IMG/VR virus record: IMGVR_UViG_3300042898_004908
Span: 1 to 59,495 of that record
Source of the DNA: a virus
Taxonomy: Duplodnaviria > Caudoviricetes
DNA: 59,495 nucleotides
Reading direction: 5' to 3' (one strand)
This document shows, piece after piece, positions 55,968-59,495 of the stretch (positions are counted from its first letter, which is position 1; each line of letters begins with the position of its first letter). The translations under genes were made by a program, and so were the position numbers. A model generated the notes under the pieces. That model ran no database searches. It was not told the DNA's origin and saw only the letters and a list, made by a program, of their open reading frames with translations.

Positions 55968-57863
55968 ATGTCATTTTTTTACAACTTAAACAAAACTCTC
56001 GATGCTATTCGTGAGAAACCAGAACTCACACACGGTCAACTCAATGAGCGTAACATGAGCCGAGCTGCCAAGGGCTGGGAGAAGTACGGAGACGGTATGA
56101 CAGAATTGTCCAAACTAGGTCGAGAAGGTGCCAGTGAGAAAAAGATGGATGCTGCCCGTAAAAAATACGACAAGTATGACAATGAAGTAGACGAAGGTGC
56201 TTATCAAGGTGGTCCAGACAAGAGTCAGATCCCTGCTGTGAATCGTCCAGGCAATAAAATGACCTTGCAAGATTTAGAAAAAGAACGCAATCAAAGTCCT
56301 ACCACTGCTGATGGCATGAGAGCTTTGCAAAACAAACTCAAAAACATTCATCCAATGGATGCACAAGAAGGTGTTGACAAGGCAGCATTTGCCGCACTAG
56401 CACCACCAAAAAACAAAATTACTTTTGCTGACAAGATTGCTGGCGCCAAAAAAGAAGTTGACGAGATGCTGGGCGATGTAGCCGCAGAAGCTATCAAAGG
56501 TGCATTGAGTGGCAAGCAAAAGAAACTAGACAAGAACAACAATGGCAAGTTAGATGCCAATGACTTTGCTATGTTGCGCAAAGGCGGCAAGCAAGTGGCC
56601 GACGAAGCAGAAGACAACAGTCCGTTTACAGCTCACAAGCGTCCTCGTAAAGACACTCCGCGAGTTGGCGATGTTGAACATGGCGCCAAGCACGATATCA
56701 AACACACCGAAACTGGTCGCATGGTAACTCGTAGAGCAGATGCTCAAGGCATGAGTGTCGGTTCAGAGACTGACGACGAAGGCAACAAACACGAAAAACG
56801 AGGCCGTGGTCGTCCTACTGGTCCAGCTAAAGCCCCTGAGCGTGTGACAGCCAAAGCCACCAAACACAAAGATGGCCGCAAAGTCAAAGAAGGTGACTTT
56901 GGACCAATGGAAGAAAGCTCAGGCGACTTAAAAGCAGCCATGGCCCTGTTGAAGAAAGCCGGCTATAAAATTTCCAAAGCTGTAGAAGAAGAAAAAACTT
57001 CTACTCGTGATGATCATGCCGAAAAAGCTGGCAAGCGAGTTGCCAAAGACATTGAGTATGATGAAAAGAAAAAAGATGGCATTCATGGCAAGAAGCGTGG
57101 TGCTGAAGATGACAAGGCTGAAAAAGCTGGCAAGCGAGTTGCCAAAGACATCGAGTACGACGAAAAGAAAGACAAAAAAGAAGACAAGCCTAAAAAAGTC
57201 AAAGAAGCCGGCGGCACTGACACACCCACAGCATCCAGTGGCTTCAGTTATGGCCAGGGCATTTATGATTCAATCAATCATGAAATTGAAAAGATGATTG
57301 CCGAATCAATGAGCATGAATATGAGCGACTCAACTGACGGTACCAAGAGTTTGACCATCACTGCCACTGACGAAGATGCAGTAAAACTATCAATGCTGTT
57401 GAACACAGCAGGCATTGGTGGAGCAGGTGGACAACAGACTCACGGTGATACTTGTCCAGCATGCGGCAGTGCTGATTGCGGGTGTGGCACCCAGGGAATG
57501 GACGAAGCAGCACCCACAGTATCTGACAACGAGCCAGACTGGCCAACCAACACTGAAGAAGGCGATGCATTGCAATACAGCGGTGGCTTAGATGGTCCCA
57601 AGTCAACAGGACAAAGTACAGTACCTGTACTAGCCAGCCAAGATGATCGACAACACAGCTATGCTGAAGATGATGCTCTGCGTCGTATGATGGAAATGGC
57701 TGGTATCAAAGAAGCTGCCAAACCAGACTTTCTGGACATGGACAAAGACGGCGACAAAAAAGAGTCAATGAAAAAAGCAGCCGACGACAAAGACAAAGAA
57801 GATAAAAAAGTTGAAGAAAGTATCTTTACTTTGACCAACCAATGGAAAGCCTACAAAGGGTAA
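55968..57863 (+). CDS. Highly charged modular protein (putative prohead-core/internal polyprotein)
   Basis: K/D/E-rich; internal repeat AEKAGKRVAKDIEYDEKK; EF-hand-like, AT-hook-like and CxxC motifs. Confidence 0.7.
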   Translation: MSFFYNLNKTLDAIREKPELTHGQLNERNMSRAAKGWEKYGDGMTELSKLGREGASEKKMDAARKKYDKYDNEVDEGAYQGGPDKSQIPAVNRPGNKMTLQDLEKERNQSPTTADGMRALQNKLKNIHPMDAQEGVDKAAFAALAPPKNKITFADKIAGAKKEVDEMLGDVAAEAIKGALSGKQKKLDKNNNGKLDANDFAMLRKGGKQVADEAEDNSPFTAHKRPRKDTPRVGDVEHGAKHDIKHTETGRMVTRRADAQGMSVGSETDDEGNKHEKRGRGRPTGPAKAPERVTAKATKHKDGRKVKEGDFGPMEESSGDLKAAMALLKKAGYKISKAVEEEKTSTRDDHAEKAGKRVAKDIEYDEKKKDGIHGKKRGAEDDKAEKAGKRVAKDIEYDEKKDKKEDKPKKVKEAGGTDTPTASSGFSYGQGIYDSINHEIEKMIAESMSMNMSDSTDGTKSLTITATDEDAVKLSMLLNTAGIGGAGGQQTHGDTCPACGSADCGCGTQGMDEAAPTVSDNEPDWPTNTEEGDALQYSGGLDGPKSTGQSTVPVLASQDDRQHSYAEDDALRRMMEMAGIKEAAKPDFLDMDKDGDKKESMKKAADDKDKEDKKVEESIFTLTNQWKAYKG

Positions 57864-57874
57864 TTGTAAAAATC

Positions 57875-57902
57875 AACTGCTGTGGAAACACAGCAGTTTT
57901 TT
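57875..57902 (+). terminator. Intrinsic terminator
   Basis: AACTGCTGTG-GAAA-CACAGCAGTT followed by TTTT. Confidence 0.88.
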
Positions 57903-57918
57903 ATAGTAAGGAAAAATT

Positions 57919-58092
57919 ATGTCACAATACAAACCATACAATGAATCATTGACCACTCCTGTTCAGCCCAATCCACACTCGCCAGCGCACAGTGGGTACA
58001 AGCAACAGCCAGTTGAGATCCCAGGAGTACTGGATCAAACTCGTAATTTATTTCAACCGGTGGTTGCGATACCACCACAGGACAAATCATAA
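57919..58092 (+). CDS. Small Pro/Gln-rich protein (57 aa); missing from the ORF track
   Basis: TAAGGA RBS; MSQYKPYNESLTTPVQPNPHSP...; TAATG overlap with the next gene. Confidence 0.65.
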   Translation: MSQYKPYNESLTTPVQPNPHSPAHSGYKQQPVEIPGVLDQTRNLFQPVVAIPPQDKS

Positions 58093-58385
58093 TGGCTGCC
58101 AATGTTTACACAACACTATCCAACACTGTGGTTTACACAGACAAGTTACAGATTACCACTTCGGGCAATGCAGTGACTTATCAGGCCTATGCAGTGGCAC
58201 TGGGCACAAGCGCCGCCGCTGGAAACATTTACAGCGCACCAATTACTATTCCTGCCAATACAATATTTGAAGTATACTCAGGTGTTGGCAACAAAATCAC
58301 AGTAACAGGAACACCGTTTACTGCACTGGAATTAGGCACAGCAAGTTCAGCCACAGCCGGCGTGATTGGCTATGGAAGCATTTGA
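58092..58385 (+). CDS. Hypothetical small beta-rich virion protein
   Basis: T/A/G-rich 97-aa ORF, translationally coupled. Confidence 0.7.
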   Translation: MAANVYTTLSNTVVYTDKLQITTSGNAVTYQAYAVALGTSAAAGNIYSAPITIPANTIFEVYSGVGNKITVTGTPFTALELGTASSATAGVIGYGSI

Positions 58386-58759
58386 TGCGAGCCAGTGATT
58401 TTATTGTAGAAACTCAAAAAGGAAAAATATCCGCACGACAGCAACAGTCGACCCGTGGGTTGAATATTTTTTCAAAGAAGATAGACAGTTACGATAGACT
58501 GTATGATTTAAATCGGTTGATGATGGCTGTGGCAAGCAGTGATGGAATAAACCCAATAGAAATGAATGCTGAAAGTTGGGTAGGAAAACATAACACTGCA
58601 CATCCCTACACCAAAGAAGAACAGGACATGCTTAAATTAGCATACAAAGCTGCTGGTCTAGCGCATATAGATTTAAACAACGGTGATATGGATAGTGAAG
58701 AATTAGAGTCAACAAATACTCGTAGCCCGGTTACAGGATTCAAGGGATATCCCAGATGA
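58385..58759 (+). CDS. Hypothetical protein, paralog of 58756-59142
   Basis: MRASDFIVE start; ends S.E....NTRSPVTGFKGYPR. Confidence 0.75.
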   Translation: MRASDFIVETQKGKISARQQQSTRGLNIFSKKIDSYDRLYDLNRLMMAVASSDGINPIEMNAESWVGKHNTAHPYTKEEQDMLKLAYKAAGLAHIDLNNGDMDSEELESTNTRSPVTGFKGYPR

Positions 58760-59142
58760 GAGCTAGAGAATTTCTCAGAGAACAACACAATCTGCCTCCA
58801 GAGCAGGCCAACCCCATGCGTTACACTTATGTAATTCCTGGACTCAGTGCCGCTGATCCTTACAACAACTATAGATTTGGTGTGGCCCTGGCTAGAGCCC
58901 GTAGCGATTCTGGCAAAGATGGCATCAACACCAAGTTTCCAGCCTGGGATGCAGAAACAGTATTTGGCGAACACGGGGTTGTTGCTGGGATGGATTCTAG
59001 CATTGCTCAAGTGATTGATACAGCGTTGGCCATGACCAAAACACCTGGTGGTAAAAAATTGATCTCAACTGCTGACAGTACTGAACCCACATTTGTAGAT
59101 ACAAAAAGCCCGGTAAAAGCATTCAAAGGATACCCAAGGTAA
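58756..59142 (+). CDS. Hypothetical protein, paralog of 58385-58759
   Basis: MRAREFLRE start; ends STEP..VDTKSPVKAFKGYPR. Confidence 0.75.
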   Translation: MRAREFLREQHNLPPEQANPMRYTYVIPGLSAADPYNNYRFGVALARARSDSGKDGINTKFPAWDAETVFGEHGVVAGMDSSIAQVIDTALAMTKTPGGKKLISTADSTEPTFVDTKSPVKAFKGYPR

Positions 59143-59148
59143 AATATT

Positions 59149-59495
59149 ATGGCAAACCCACCACCACCATACGACAACATCACAGGCATAAGCCGTGCTG
59201 TGATGAAAGACAACGCACAAGAAACCATTGGCGATTACAATGGTGTTGCTCGCCCAAGTGAATTAGTAGTCAACCAACTCACACAAGATATCTATGTAGG
59301 CAACGTCAATGGAAATCTAAATTTGATCGCATACGGATCTGGCGTTACCAGCACCACAACATTCAACCCGCAGTTCACTGACGGATCAGGCACATTTGCA
59401 GGCGGCACTGCCACTGCATCGTATGTGCGTATGGGTCCGCTGATGTTTATACATGTGTATGTGGATTTTGCAGGAGTTACCAACTTTGGCAGCAC
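59149..59495 (+). CDS. Partial hypothetical virion protein, runs off the right edge; missing from the ORF track
   Basis: ATG 59149, open to the edge: MANPPPPYDNITGISRAVMKDNAQETIGDYNGVARPSELVVN... Confidence 0.7.
   Translation, partial: MANPPPPYDNITGISRAVMKDNAQETIGDYNGVARPSELVVNQLTQDIYVGNVNGNLNLIAYGSGVTSTTTFNPQFTDGSGTFAGGTATASYVRMGPLMFIHVYVDFAGVTNFGS

Noticed and set aside
57917-58270. ORF-track entries 57917-58102(-) and 57992-58270(+)
   Set aside because: Better explained by 57919-58092(+) and 58092-58385(+), which have an RBS and translational coupling
1-59495. Stop-codon reassignment (seen in some large phages)
   Set aside because: Core genes are intact under the standard code, and TAA, TGA and TAG all terminate genes

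Overview
This window is part of the genome of a large T4-like (Tevenvirinae/Kyanoviridae-type gene set) myophage using the standard genetic code. From left to right it holds: a partial minus-strand virion gene; the gp55 late sigma factor; gp47/gp46 (Mre11/Rad50-like) interleaved with an accessory modification cluster (sulfotransferase-like, degenerate methyltransferase-like, radical SAM and SDR genes, including a duplicated three-gene cassette); a stand-alone GIY-YIG domain followed by a ~425-nt structured non-coding element; a minus-strand operon (gp26-like hub chaperone with a likely -1 frameshift, DUF1415-like, ATE/GNAT-like, DUF6614-like); a tape-measure-like protein with an M15 peptidase domain; the head module (gp20, gp21, gp22, gp23); a block of Gly/Asn/Thr-rich fibre genes with two putative glycosyltransferases; Nudix, gp15, gp14, gp13, exonuclease, dNMP kinase, gp18, gp19, gp4, a probable small terminase and several putative capsid-internal proteins. 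Late promoters (TA(A/C/G)TA core, TATAAATA at best) are frequent, and several sit so close to start codons that the transcripts are probably leaderless. The best candidate for an undescribed system is the minimal GIY-YIG nuclease plus its downstream large structured RNA (11052-11914). All product calls come from motif recognition by eye; no database searches were run.
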